This document shows, in pieces, positions 41,111 through 51,681 of a stretch of 64,000 nucleotides of DNA (the first letter of the stretch is position 1; every line of letters begins with the position of its first letter). The stretch comes from Candidatus Latescibacterota bacterium (lineage in GTDB: Bacteria > Latescibacterota > UBA2968), in the NCBI GenBank assembly GCA_965222605.1, contig OZ244960.1, forward strand, positions 1,152,001 to 1,216,000, written 5' to 3'. The position numbers were made by a program, and so were the translations under genes. A model generated the notes under the pieces. The model worked only from the letters and a program-made list of their open reading frames with translations. It ran no database searches and was not told where the DNA came from.

Positions 41111-42307
41111 TTTTACAGCCTCTTCAGCCAGCACAAATATAAACCCCTGTTCTGCCAACTCGGGTAACATGCGTTGCAGTGCATGTAGCGTATTGGGCTT
41201 TGCATGCCCAATGCCAATCGCCGTGCCTTCATGCCGTGCGCGTGCAGCGAGCCTGTACAGTCGTTTGACCACCGCGTCTTCGTCTTTGACGATATCCAAA
41301 AACAACGCATTGCGATCACTGGGGATACCCATATCTCGCGCGATTGCATAAGCCACTGATTGGGGTGACGTGACACTATCTATAAAAAAGAAATTCCATC
41401 GTTTCACGACCCGCAGCACCGCTTTCATCGCTTCAAAATTTTGTGTTACGCGAGACCCCATGTGATTATTCATTCCCTTTGCATAGGGCACGGATGCGAG
41501 GGCATTTTGGGTCAACTCAGCAATCTTTTCCGGCGCGTAATCCGAGAAAATCGCATGGGGACCTGGATCGCGCGCTGGATAGTCTATCGGTTCCATAGGC
41601 AAATGAACCATCACACCGTGATTTTTTTCAATAGCCTGTTGCGCTATCCAGGCCGTATGCTTCTCCCCGGGAAAAATCGAAAATGTAATCGGCTGCGGCA
41701 ACTGACAAAAAGACAGAATTAAATTCTGATCCTGATATCCAAAATCATCGATCACAATGGCAATGCGCCCCGCGAGTCGCTCGAGTTCTTCACTCTGCTC
41801 GAGCCTGAACAAATTGGTCTGTTTATCATTCAAACCCACGCGAAGCCACAACACATTGCCCTGTCGGTCTTCGCTACCTTCAATTACCGTCCCACCCAAT
41901 TGATGCGCCAGATGGGTCAAAGACAGATTGCAAACAGATAGTGGCAAAGCATCGGGCACTTTCGATTGCACTTCCCAACGCAAATGGGGATTCTCGTCTT
42001 TGGACAAACGCACCTCCTTAATCACTTCAGGAGGAACCCCCAGCCCAATCAACACATCTTTTGCCTGCACGACCATTGTATCGGCAAATGCGACAATATC
42101 TTCTGGGCCAGCTTTCCATTTGGGTATCTCTTCTACGGGAAGTGCATCTTCGAACGATCGCGAAAAATACGACTGCGCGCGCCAAAAATAGGCAACTAAT
42201 CCACCGGCGATCAGAATTATTATAACACAGGGCACAACCCATAACCGAAGAGATCGCCGCTTGCGAGCCATTTCCAAAGGTCTTTTTTTGGACAAACGTT
42301 TCGCCAT
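41090..42307 (-). CDS. divergent polysaccharide deacetylase family protein (YibQ-like)
   Basis: IAIVIDDFG, HLPMEP, GMNNHMGS, FIDS and AIGIGH motifs; N-terminal TM. Confidence 0.9.
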   Translation of the reverse strand: MAKRLSKKRPLEMARKRRSLRLWVVPCVIIILIAGGLVAYFWRAQSYFSRSFEDALPVEEIPKWKAGPEDIVAFADTMVVQAKDVLIGLGVPPEVIKEVRLSKDENPHLRWEVQSKVPDALPLSVCNLSLTHLAHQLGGTVIEGSEDRQGNVLWLRVGLNDKQTNLFRLEQSEELERLAGRIAIVIDDFGYQDQNLILSFCQLPQPITFSIFPGEKHTAWIAQQAIEKNHGVMVHLPMEPIDYPARDPGPHAIFSDYAPEKIAELTQNALASVPYAKGMNNHMGSRVTQNFEAMKAVLRVVKRWNFFFIDSVTSPQSVAYAIARDMGIPSDRNALFLDIVKDEDAVVKRLYRLAARARHEGTAIGIGHAKPNTLHALQRMLPELAEQGFIFVLAEEAVKEVRSEK

Positions 42308-42316
42308 TTTGCAGAC

Positions 42317-43291
42317 TCAGTAAATCTGAATTGGATCGGGAATAAAACACAATACAAAAATAGCCAGCGACGCGTACCCAAGCCACCGCCGTGCGGGATC
42401 CAATGCAACATCGGGATTTATAGGCGGTGGATGATGTCGCCCCATCAGCGCAGCCAACCCCAGCCAGACCAGCCAACCGATCCAGCGGGAATCATACCAC
42501 GCATCAAACATAGATTGTGCATCCCACCAGTGGTAAGGCGGTGCCAATAACCACATCAATGCCAACCCCACCATTGTCGCCCGAGAAATTAACCGGTGTT
42601 TCCCGCCAAAAATCGCATAGACAATATGCCCACCATCAAATTGTCCCATCGGCAACAAATTCAATACCGTCACAAACAACCCCAACCAGCCCGCAAAAGC
42701 CACCGGATGCATCATCACATCATAACCCTCGGGCAGATCACCGATAACGCTTATACCCAACCAGCCCGACAACAGAGAATTGCCCAGCGCGAGTGTCCCT
42801 TCTGATACATCGCGCACTTCAATTACTTCCGACATATGCAGACCAACACCCAACGCAATCACAGACATCACAAACCCGGCAATAGGTCCAGACGCGCCAA
42901 TATCGATAAGCGCCCGTCGGTTCGGAATCTGAGATCGCAATTTGATCACTGCGCCCAGGGTGCCAATAAACGAAGGGAAGGGAATAAAATAGGGCAATGA
43001 TGCGCGCACGCCCCACCAGCGCGAAGTCACATAATGCCCCATCTCGTGTATGCCCAAAATGATCAGCAATGTCGCGGAAAACGGCAAGCCATACACCAGA
43101 TAACGCGGATCGATCAAAATGTGCCAGCTATCGGGTATTGATGCCCATTCAGGCGACATAAACATACCCGCCACCGTCGTCGTGTACGCAGTTGCCAAAA
43201 ACAACCCAACATGCAGTCTCAAATTCTCCTGCGCCTTAGCCGAAGGCGTCGGCTTGAGAAAATACCGCCTGTCATTCAAATCGTCTGACAC
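42317..43291 (-). CDS. site-2 protease (M50) family
   Basis: HEMGH, PYFIP, GPIAG and NLLPMGQFDGGH motifs. Confidence 0.9.
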   Translation of the reverse strand: MSDDLNDRRYFLKPTPSAKAQENLRLHVGLFLATAYTTTVAGMFMSPEWASIPDSWHILIDPRYLVYGLPFSATLLIILGIHEMGHYVTSRWWGVRASLPYFIPFPSFIGTLGAVIKLRSQIPNRRALIDIGASGPIAGFVMSVIALGVGLHMSEVIEVRDVSEGTLALGNSLLSGWLGISVIGDLPEGYDVMMHPVAFAGWLGLFVTVLNLLPMGQFDGGHIVYAIFGGKHRLISRATMVGLALMWLLAPPYHWWDAQSMFDAWYDSRWIGWLVWLGLAALMGRHHPPPINPDVALDPARRWLGYASLAIFVLCFIPDPIQIY

Positions 43292-43300
43292 AATTACTCC

Positions 43301-44185
43301 TCACCTTATCCCCACTGCAATGCGATGCGAATCGCCCAACCCATGCGATGCAGGCACAAAAGCGTAATCCACCCGCCAGTTGCGCCTCGTAATACCCAGT
43401 CCAAACGACAACATGCGCGTATCGTGCCCAGTTTGAATTCCACCGCGCAAAAACAACCTGCCCATCACCCCGTATTCCAAACCGAAATTTGCACCTCTGT
43501 TACCCACCGCTGGCAGGCGTAAATCGGCTGTTGCTATCCACGCACGCCAGGACCAGGCTGCCCCCGTGCGAAACACCCGGGGCAAAGGGATACGCTCTCG
43601 GTCTAACTGCGCCATCCGTCCCAAATTTCGATACGACGCCCCCAGCATCAAATTCTCAGACAAGCGATACAACACCCCTCCATCTGCGCTCATTCCCCAC
43701 GTACTCTCTGGCCCGATATTTTCATGCAATGCCCGAACCGAAAACCCCACATAAATACGCTGCCCTATCTTCTGTGCATAAGACAACCCCGCATTGAGAT
43801 CGTAAACGCTAAACGTACCCGCAGGCATCGCGGTCGGTTCCCGCCGCGCTTCCAATCCCCCAGTCCCATAAACGCCCAAACTCAGCGCAAGCCCGCGTCT
43901 ATCATTACCATAAGCCCAGCCTCCATACCCCTGCTTGATCCCCTGAAACGATCGGTGGTGCGCCAGGACAAAATGTTTGCCCCGCATAGCCGCCACACCT
44001 GCCGGATTCCAAAACGCCGCAGTCTGCTCACCCACCACAGCGGTCTGCGCTTCACCCATCGCAGCAGCACGCGCGCCAACCCCCTCGCGCAGCAACACAA
44101 AACCGACCTTGCGCGCCGAAGTACTGGCCTCAGCAGAAAATAAGTAGCATGTTACAATCAAAATACCAAAAACAACGTGCTTCAC
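43301..44185 (-). CDS. PorV/PorQ-like outer-membrane beta-barrel protein
   Basis: Signal peptide; GARAAAMGEA, FWNPAG and C-terminal VDYAF...LGDSHRI. Confidence 0.75.
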   Translation of the reverse strand: MKHVVFGILIVTCYLFSAEASTSARKVGFVLLREGVGARAAAMGEAQTAVVGEQTAAFWNPAGVAAMRGKHFVLAHHRSFQGIKQGYGGWAYGNDRRGLALSLGVYGTGGLEARREPTAMPAGTFSVYDLNAGLSYAQKIGQRIYVGFSVRALHENIGPESTWGMSADGGVLYRLSENLMLGASYRNLGRMAQLDRERIPLPRVFRTGAAWSWRAWIATADLRLPAVGNRGANFGLEYGVMGRLFLRGGIQTGHDTRMLSFGLGITRRNWRVDYAFVPASHGLGDSHRIAVGIR

Positions 44186-44504
44186 AAAAACCTCCTGCTT
44201 GTATATGCTCTAAAATCCAGCACAATTACAAGAGTAAGCAAACGAGCAAAATGTGTCAACTGCCCATTATCAAAATGGACCGTCCCAAGCGCGCAATTGA
44301 CAGGACCTTATTTCCTAATTACATTTGTTATGGCAATCTTTCTCGCACCACAAAAGGAGCTTATCAAAGTAAAAAAAGATGCGCCTACAGAAGACCACAG
44401 CGACAAGAGTGGAATGGCTTTACGCCTTGTGAAAGCTGAGTGTAGCAATGATCGCACTACCCACGGCTTGATTCTCAGATAGCTGGCAAAAAATAGAGGA
44501 CAAC

Positions 44505-44783
44505 GTGAAGCTAAACGAAAATCAGTATCTCGAAACCTTTTTGGCACCAGTAAGGCAAAGCAAAAGCTACCGACCCAAATTTGGTCATAAAAACAAAAAT
44601 CAAGGATTTTCCCTGAGTGAATTCAAAACACTTTACGGTTCCGATCCCTTCTATTCATGGGTCGGTTTTGATACAGACCTGATGGACGCAGCTCACCGGG
44701 CAGCAGGTGGTATGACTTCCGTGTACCGTCAAATTGGCATTGGCTGTGAACGACTATTCCGCACGCTACGGAGTGCTGAATAA
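44505..44783 (+). pseudogene. truncated restriction-endonuclease-like ORF
   Basis: 92 aa with a good SD, ending in a TAATG overlap with the MTase; too short for a type II REase; family assigned by context. Confidence 0.5.
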
Positions 44784-46072
44784 TGGACATGAAATTTGGG
44801 CAACGGTCAGACTACACCTTTAAATACAATAAACAACTTGGCAGACATGGATGGCTGCGTTTGACACCCGCCTATTCGGTCAAACTGGTAAAGGAGATCA
44901 TTGATAACGTTCCAAAAGACTCCTTCATTCTCGATCCGTTTTCTGGTACAGCGACAAGCGGTTTGGTTGCTGCTGAACATGGATTATCTGCACATTGTCT
45001 CGATATAAACCCATTTCTTATTTGGCTTGGAAACGCCAAATGCCGGAACTATTCAAAAGCTGAACTGGAAAGATTAAAAACCAAAAATGATAAAGTCCTT
45101 GTGAATTGTAGGGATATTGCGAACAAAGATAATTGGATACCAGAAATACACAATATTACGCGGTGGTGGTGCCAACATACTTTGAAAGTACTTGCAGCAC
45201 TCCGCAAAGCTCTTGTGAATCAGTTTGGAGAACCCAGAGCAGACTGTGTTGCGAACCTTGCCTGGATAGCGTTTTGTCGCCTGGTCATTGAAACGTCTTC
45301 GGCGGCATTCAACCATGTATCCATGTCTTTCCACAACAAAGTGACAACTTATGACATTGAACAGATTGAGGTCTTATACAAAAAAATATTAAACGCAATA
45401 GTCGAAAGTGCCTGCAAAGACCTTGCTGGCTCAGCATCGGTGCATTTTGAGGATTCAAGAGAACCCGTTTCAATCGATGGCGTGAAGTATTCTTATGTCA
45501 TCACTTCTCCGCCCTATCCAAACCGCATCAGTTATATTCGTGAACTTCGTCCTTACATGTACTGGACAAAATTTCTCGATTCGGCTCGAGAAGCAGGTGA
45601 GTTGGATTGGAAAGCGATTGGTGGAACATGGGGGGTTGCAACCAGCAGGCTTCAAGCTTGGGAATCGAATGGACTTGAACTTCCAGAATCATTGAAACCC
45701 GTTGTGTTTCAAATTTTGAAAACAGAGGAAAAGAATGCCTTACTGATGGCAAACTATGTCTGGAAATATTTCCATGACATGCACCTTCACCTTCAAAATT
45801 TGCGAAAAAGTCTAAAAAAAGGCGCAGTGCTTTCATACATTGTTGGCAATTCCAGTTTCTATGGAGTGCCTGTTCACACAGAAAAGCTACTTGAAGACTC
45901 ACTGAAAAATCTTGGATTTACCAATATAGGAAGTAGAATAGTCAGAAAACGCAACAGCAAAAAAGAGCTTTTTGAATACTGCGTTTATGCCACCTATAAG
46001 GAAAGCAGAAATTACGAACCACAATATTTTTCTGACACCAGGCATTTAGGTCAGCAACTCGCACTTTTTTAG
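44783..46072 (+). CDS. DNA amino-methyltransferase (probably N4-cytosine)
   Basis: DPFSGTAT (motif I) then ITSPPYPN (motif IV); same architecture as 22466..23788. Confidence 0.88.
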   Translation: MDMKFGQRSDYTFKYNKQLGRHGWLRLTPAYSVKLVKEIIDNVPKDSFILDPFSGTATSGLVAAEHGLSAHCLDINPFLIWLGNAKCRNYSKAELERLKTKNDKVLVNCRDIANKDNWIPEIHNITRWWCQHTLKVLAALRKALVNQFGEPRADCVANLAWIAFCRLVIETSSAAFNHVSMSFHNKVTTYDIEQIEVLYKKILNAIVESACKDLAGSASVHFEDSREPVSIDGVKYSYVITSPPYPNRISYIRELRPYMYWTKFLDSAREAGELDWKAIGGTWGVATSRLQAWESNGLELPESLKPVVFQILKTEEKNALLMANYVWKYFHDMHLHLQNLRKSLKKGAVLSYIVGNSSFYGVPVHTEKLLEDSLKNLGFTNIGSRIVRKRNSKKELFEYCVYATYKESRNYEPQYFSDTRHLGQQLALF

Positions 46073-46090
46073 TGATGTACAGGAGTCATC

Positions 46091-46525
46091 ATGGCACAAG
46101 CAGAAATAGGCGACCGCGTGTTGGTTTATTACAAGGGAGTCCTAAAAGACGGAACCGTAGCCGAAGGCACACCTGAGAATGAACCGTTTGAATTTACAGT
46201 GGGAGACGAATCTGTAAAAGACATATTCACGCGTCTTGTACACGGCCTGGAAGAAGGTGATTCTCGCACGGTCATCCTATCCCCAGAAGATGCGTTTGGC
46301 CCCTATAATCCCGACTTTGTAATCGAAGTTGCGCGATCGCAATTTCCTCCTGATGCACTCCTTGAAAAGGGAATGCGTATGGAAGTACAGTCCGACCCCA
46401 ATGGTACACCCATCGAAGTATCTGTAAAAGAAATAACATCCCAAACCGTGACATTAGACGGCAACCATCCCTTTGCCGGTAAAGAAATCACCATGACGAT
46501 TCAGTTATTAGAGATAGTAGTATAG
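46091..46525 (+). CDS. FKBP-type peptidyl-prolyl isomerase (SlyD/FkpB-like)
   Basis: PFEFTVG, PEDAFG and LDGNHPFAGK motifs. Confidence 0.9.
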   Translation: MAQAEIGDRVLVYYKGVLKDGTVAEGTPENEPFEFTVGDESVKDIFTRLVHGLEEGDSRTVILSPEDAFGPYNPDFVIEVARSQFPPDALLEKGMRMEVQSDPNGTPIEVSVKEITSQTVTLDGNHPFAGKEITMTIQLLEIVV

Positions 46526-46636
46526 TTATACGAGCGCGTTGCAAAAATTTAAAAAACTCATCCATGATACTTTATTTTAGCACCTCATTTACACAAGCTG
46601 ACCATGCAATCTGAAATATTTGAAAGGAGACAGCCC

Positions 46637-46840
46637 GTGCAAACTCCAATAAAAAAAGAGAATAAATTATCGTCGGAACAGATAGGAAAAAATCCAACTG
46701 CTCAACGCATTATCAAGGCAATGGAAAAACCGCCTTATGTTTCCTGTGAAGACATCGAATCACTTCTACAGGTAATTAAAGAAGCAAAGAAACCGACACA
46801 ATTTGAGTCTCCCTTCGAACTATCTTCAAAAATCAGGTAA
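46637..46840 (+). CDS. small hypothetical protein
   Basis: AAGGAG SD before GTG; 67-aa ORF with no recognised motif. Confidence 0.45.
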   Translation: MQTPIKKENKLSSEQIGKNPTAQRIIKAMEKPPYVSCEDIESLLQVIKEAKKPTQFESPFELSSKIR

Positions 46841-46844
46841 AAAC

Positions 46845-47360
46845 ATGTGGCGTCAATTGGGAATCATCGCGATTTATCTCGCGCTATTTGCGTGTGGACC
46901 CGATGTTCAATTGGTAAAAGATGGACACGAAGAATATTATGTATATTGGGATGACGGTCACAAACGGTATTTCAGACATGGGGTGTATCGGTCATTTTAC
47001 GAAAGTGGTCGCCAGCGCTCGGTTGGCAAATACGAACACGACATAAAAGTGGGCGTTTGGACACACTGGTATGAAAACGGGCAAAAACAAGGGGAAATGG
47101 ATTGGGTCAACGGCAAGCCCAAAGGCATAGTAACAGAATGGTACAAAAATGGACAGCAAAAGAACACAGGAACGTGGGAAAATGGTGGGCGGCACGGTCT
47201 TTCGACCTGGTGGTATGCAAACGGACAAAAGGAAAAAGAAGTGACCTACATAGAAGGAGAACCCGACGGGATCTGGACATATTGGGATTCGACGGGTGTG
47301 ATAACAAAAAAGCAGTACTGGGATCGCGGTGCATTTTTGCGGGTTGAAGAATCGCATTAA
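46845..47360 (+). CDS. MORN-variant repeat (YwqK-like) lipoprotein
   Basis: LFAC lipobox; repeated WYENGQ/WYKNGQ/WYANGQ units. Confidence 0.8.
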   Translation: MWRQLGIIAIYLALFACGPDVQLVKDGHEEYYVYWDDGHKRYFRHGVYRSFYESGRQRSVGKYEHDIKVGVWTHWYENGQKQGEMDWVNGKPKGIVTEWYKNGQQKNTGTWENGGRHGLSTWWYANGQKEKEVTYIEGEPDGIWTYWDSTGVITKKQYWDRGAFLRVEESH

Positions 47361-47381
47361 CCCGCGCTGAAAGGATCAGAA

Positions 47382-50147
47382 ATGGCAGACAAAACCCTGT
47401 ATTTATTAGACGGCATGGCGCTGGTCTATCGCGGGCATTTTGCAATGATACGCAATCCGCGTATGACATCGAAAGGGCTGAACACCTCGACGTTATTCGT
47501 TTTTGCCAATACAATATTAGATATTTTGGGCAACACAAAGCCCTCGCATTTGGCCGTGGTCTTCGACACGCCAGAACCGACGTTTCGGGATGAGATATAC
47601 GAAGAATACAAGGCACAACGAGAAAAAATGCCCGAAGACATAAGTAGCGCGCTACCCTACATCGATCAAATGTGTGAAGCGTTCAATGTACCTGTCATCC
47701 GCAAACCCGGCTATGAAGCCGACGACGCAATCGGCACACTCGCAAAAGCAGCTGAAAAGGACGGCTTCACAACGTACATGGTAACCCCCGATAAAGACTA
47801 CGCGCAACTCGTCTCAAACAAAACATTCATCAGCAAACCCGGACGCACGGGCGATGGCGCTGAGATCCTGGGCGTGCCAGAGGTACTAAAACAATGGGAA
47901 ATTGAACGCGTGGATCAAGTAATCGACATGCTGGGGCTAATGGGCGATACCAGTGACAATGTGCCGGGCGTGCCGGGCGTTGGACCAAAAACAGCTCAAA
48001 AATTGATCGCGCAATACGGCAGTGTGGAAGGCTTACTCGATCACGTCGATGAATTGAAAGGCAAACAAAAAGAAAATGTGGAGACATATCGAGAACAGGC
48101 ATTGTTATCAAAGAAACTGGTCACCATCCATCTCAATGTGCCGATGGATCTTGGATTGGATGATCTCGCGGTAAAAAAACGGGACGAACAAAAATTGAAA
48201 ACCCTGTTCGCAGAATTGGAGTTCAACACCCTGGGCAAACGGTTATTTGGAAATGATTTTAATGTAGATCAGCAACAGACCTCGCTCTTCGACGATGAAA
48301 CAGCACTGCCGGGCGTGTCAAAACACAAAACCATTGCAAATGTCGAACACGAATATCACCTGATAGATACACGGGAAAAGCGCGCAGCATTGATCGCAAA
48401 ATTGGCGCAGCAAAAGACGTTTTGTTTTGATACAGAAACAACGGGGCTAAATCCGAAAACCTGTGAATTGCTCGGTCTCGCATTTTCATTTCAACCGCAC
48501 ACCGGATATTACGTACCAATGCCAGAAGACCCGGATGAAAATAAGGCGGTATTGGAAGAATTTCGCGGAATTTTGGAAAATTCGGACACTGAGAAAATCG
48601 GACACAATCTCAAATTTGACCTCGCCGTATTATTGTGGCAAGACATCAGGGTTCAAGGACCGTTTTTTGATACCATGCTCGCCGCTTATGTGACCGCACC
48701 CGAAATGCGTCGCGGTATGGATTCCCTATCGCTGGCATTATTGGGTTATGAACCCATTAAAATTGAGTCTTTAATCGGCGAAAAAGAAAAGGGCAAAGAA
48801 CAAAAAACCCTGCGCGAAGTCTCCCTGGACAAAGTAGCAGAATACGCAGCCGAAGATGCGGACATCACCTTGCAACTATCCGAAGCTCTGCGTCCCAAAA
48901 TCAAAGAAATGGGACAGACGCGCGTGTTTGAAGACATAGAATGCCCACTAATATCTGTGCTGGTGCAAATGGAATACGAAGGCATTCGCATGGACGCATC
49001 TGTTATCGAGGTACTTTCTGAAGATCTGAAAGATGAATTGGTTGTCATTCGAGAGCGCATTTACGATCTGGCTGGTGAAACATTTAACTTAAACTCACCC
49101 AAACAATTGGGCGAAATCCTATTTGACAAATTAAAACTGGACCCCAATGCGCGGCGGACAGCCAGGACAAAGCAGTATCAAACAGGGGAATCTATTTTGC
49201 AGCGATTGGCGCACAAACACGAAATTGTGGAACAGATTTTGATGTATCGAACATATTCGAAACTGAAATCGACATATCTGGATATGTTGCCGGGAACCGT
49301 ATTTAAAAATACCGGACGCGTCCACACCCATTACGAGCAGGCAGTCACGGCCACCGGGCGGTTGCAATCGCACGGGCCAAATTTGCAAAATATTCCCATT
49401 CGCACAGAAAAGGGGCGCGAAATTCGCAAAGCCTTTGTGCCCCGCAATGAAAATTACACGCTCTTGTCAGCAGACTATTCGCAGATAGAATTGCGCGTAG
49501 CGGCCGAACTGAGTCGCGATGAAGAGATGCACAGGGCATTTCGGGAAGGTCTGGATATTCACGCGGCAACCGCAATGAAAATTTACGGATTGGATGAACG
49601 CAATGTAACCGACGATATGCGACGGCAGGCAAAAACCGTGAATTTTGGCATTATTTATGGAATTTCGGCCTTTGGCCTGGCGCAACGCCTGAACATTCCG
49701 CGATTTGAAGCCGGCAAATTAATTGAGCAATATTTTGAGCAATTCCCCGGCGCAAAAAAGTACATGGATGACACCATTGATTTTGCGCGAGAACACGGGT
49801 ATGTGGAAACCATGACGGGACGCAGGCGATATTTGCGGGATATCCACTCGCGCAATGCCACTACGCGCAAGGGTGCCGAGCGCAACGCAATTAACTCGCG
49901 CATTCAAGGCTCAGCGGCCGACATGATAAAAATTGCGATGCGCCGCGTTCAGGATGCCCTGTTTGAACAGGACTTAAAAACGCGCATGTTGCTGCAAGTA
50001 CACGACGAACTCGTCTTTGACATGCACAAAGATGAAGCCGATATAGTGATGCCTCTAATCGAAGACGCAATGAAAAATGCCCTGCCAATGTCCGTACCAA
50101 TTGTGGTGGAAATGGGCATGGGAAATACCTGGCTGGAAGCGCATTGA
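47382..50147 (+). CDS. polA: DNA polymerase I
   Basis: 5'-3' exonuclease (EADD, PGVGPKTA), 3'-5' exonuclease (FDTET) and polymerase (ADYSQIELR, QVHDEL) motifs. Confidence 0.98.
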   Translation: MADKTLYLLDGMALVYRGHFAMIRNPRMTSKGLNTSTLFVFANTILDILGNTKPSHLAVVFDTPEPTFRDEIYEEYKAQREKMPEDISSALPYIDQMCEAFNVPVIRKPGYEADDAIGTLAKAAEKDGFTTYMVTPDKDYAQLVSNKTFISKPGRTGDGAEILGVPEVLKQWEIERVDQVIDMLGLMGDTSDNVPGVPGVGPKTAQKLIAQYGSVEGLLDHVDELKGKQKENVETYREQALLSKKLVTIHLNVPMDLGLDDLAVKKRDEQKLKTLFAELEFNTLGKRLFGNDFNVDQQQTSLFDDETALPGVSKHKTIANVEHEYHLIDTREKRAALIAKLAQQKTFCFDTETTGLNPKTCELLGLAFSFQPHTGYYVPMPEDPDENKAVLEEFRGILENSDTEKIGHNLKFDLAVLLWQDIRVQGPFFDTMLAAYVTAPEMRRGMDSLSLALLGYEPIKIESLIGEKEKGKEQKTLREVSLDKVAEYAAEDADITLQLSEALRPKIKEMGQTRVFEDIECPLISVLVQMEYEGIRMDASVIEVLSEDLKDELVVIRERIYDLAGETFNLNSPKQLGEILFDKLKLDPNARRTARTKQYQTGESILQRLAHKHEIVEQILMYRTYSKLKSTYLDMLPGTVFKNTGRVHTHYEQAVTATGRLQSHGPNLQNIPIRTEKGREIRKAFVPRNENYTLLSADYSQIELRVAAELSRDEEMHRAFREGLDIHAATAMKIYGLDERNVTDDMRRQAKTVNFGIIYGISAFGLAQRLNIPRFEAGKLIEQYFEQFPGAKKYMDDTIDFAREHGYVETMTGRRRYLRDIHSRNATTRKGAERNAINSRIQGSAADMIKIAMRRVQDALFEQDLKTRMLLQVHDELVFDMHKDEADIVMPLIEDAMKNALPMSVPIVVEMGMGNTWLEAH

Positions 50148-50161
50148 AAAATGGAAGACAC

Positions 50162-50725
50162 ATGTTCAACTGGCTCAAAAAACTATTCGCCCCTCCTATC
50201 GGACACCTGCCCCAACTCGAAATGTTTCGCGATCACCTCAATGACCTGCCCGAAATTCAGCAAATTACCGGTTATGCCACACGCACCTATCGTTCGGGTG
50301 ACGAAGCCGCCTGGTGTCGCATCATGGAAGGAAATGTGGGCAGCGACTGGACAACGGAGAAATGCCGGGCGCAATTGATCCGCGATCCCCGCTTCCAGGC
50401 CGAAAACCTCTTTTTTATCACCCACAACGACGACGCCATAGCCAGTGCGTGCGCCTGGAAAACACCCGACCAATCTCCGGAAACAGGCGAAGTTCACATG
50501 GTCGCCGCGCATGCAGACCACCGCGGCAAAGGACTCGGGCACCTGCTCAACGCCCTCGTCCTCCATCGCTTAAAAAATCTGGGCTATCAGAAAGCACATC
50601 TCAAAACCGATGAATGGCGCCTACCGGCCATCAAAACCTACCTCGACGCGGGCTTCCAGCCTCTCAACACCCACGAAAGCCATCCCGAACGCTGGGAAGC
50701 CATCTACGCCAAGCTAAAAATTTAA
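50162..50725 (+). CDS. GNAT family N-acetyltransferase
   Basis: V...HRGKGLG acetyl-CoA motif; AIKTYLDAGF. Confidence 0.85.
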   Translation: MFNWLKKLFAPPIGHLPQLEMFRDHLNDLPEIQQITGYATRTYRSGDEAAWCRIMEGNVGSDWTTEKCRAQLIRDPRFQAENLFFITHNDDAIASACAWKTPDQSPETGEVHMVAAHADHRGKGLGHLLNALVLHRLKNLGYQKAHLKTDEWRLPAIKTYLDAGFQPLNTHESHPERWEAIYAKLKI

Positions 50726-50736
50726 AAATAACCCCC

Positions 50737-51483
50737 TCATCCCATCAATGATTTATACTCCATCCCCATCACCCCCTTGACGTACTCCAGCGTGCGTTGT
50801 CCTTCAATACGCGCCCTCGAACCGCCCAGATTCAAAATATCGCGCACCAAATCGGACTGTTCTTCAAAACCCTTGCGGCGTACCCGAAACGGCGTCATAA
50901 TCTTGCTCTGACCATCTGTGCCCTTTAAGCGCGTGCCATAAACGCCATCGGGAATGGGAAACACCTCGCCATAAATCCGATTAAATCGCGCAGCCACTTC
51001 CTGTGCCAATTCAATATGGGGTCTTTGATCTGGCCCCACCGGCACATAGCGCGGACGGAAAAGCAAAATATCCGCCGCCTGAGACACCGGATACCCCACA
51101 AAACCGTAAGGCACCCGATTCCCCAACCCCATCTTACCCATTTCCTCCTTAACTGTTGGATTTCGCAACAAACGCGGCAACGTCACCAAATTGGAAAAAA
51201 TCATGGTTAACTCTGCCAGTTGTGGCACCTGTGATTGCAAAAAACAAACGCTTTTTTCGGGATCAAAACCCGCCGCCAGATAATCCAGCACCATTTCCCT
51301 GACATGATGCTCCAAATCCTCTGTCCGATCCCGATGCGTCGTCAGCGCCTGATAATCGGCAATCATAAAAAAACACTGAAACTCATCCTGCATCTCAAAT
51401 CTATTCTTCAACGACCCAACATAATGCCCCAAATGCATTCTGCCTGTTGGGCGATCACCTGTTAAAACAATTGTGCGATTCAT
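50737..51483 (-). pseudogene. trpS: tryptophanyl-tRNA synthetase with in-frame internal deletion (no KMSKS)
   Basis: TGDRPTG-HLGHY, YPVSQAADI and VPVGPDQ are present, but GTDGQSK joins directly to the C-terminal helices; only 248 aa. Confidence 0.8.
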
Positions 51484-51521
51484 CTCTGTTCCTTTCTTGA
51501 GCTATTAAAATCCATGTCTTC

Positions 51522-51554
51522 AAAAAAAAAGCGCGCCACCTTCCGGCAGCGCGC
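51522..51554 (-). terminator. attenuator terminator 2 (proximal to trpS)
   Basis: Minus strand GCGCGCTGCC-GGAA-GGTGGCGCGC followed by T9. Confidence 0.85.
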
Positions 51555-51679
51555 GTTGCAAACAAAGATCGCCAGATATCCGGTGGTGGACATACATCTC
51601 CCATCGCGCCTGTCCACCACCAGCGTCCGCCAATATTAAATAGCTCTGTCATCGCATTCAAAAACATCGCATACTTCCC
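51522..51679 (-). promoter_or_regulatory. Trp attenuator 2, leader MFLNAMTELFNIGGRWWW...
   Basis: TGG x3 at 51614-51622 lies in a perfect 11-bp stem (51582-51592/51611-51621); an alternative pairing with the terminator 3' arm is possible. Confidence 0.7.
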
Positions 51680-51681
51680 AC

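Noticed and set aside
44190-44500. Short ORFs in the intergenic region before the truncated nuclease
   Set aside because: No recognisable motifs; may be promoter DNA or decayed sequence, but no call can be supported.
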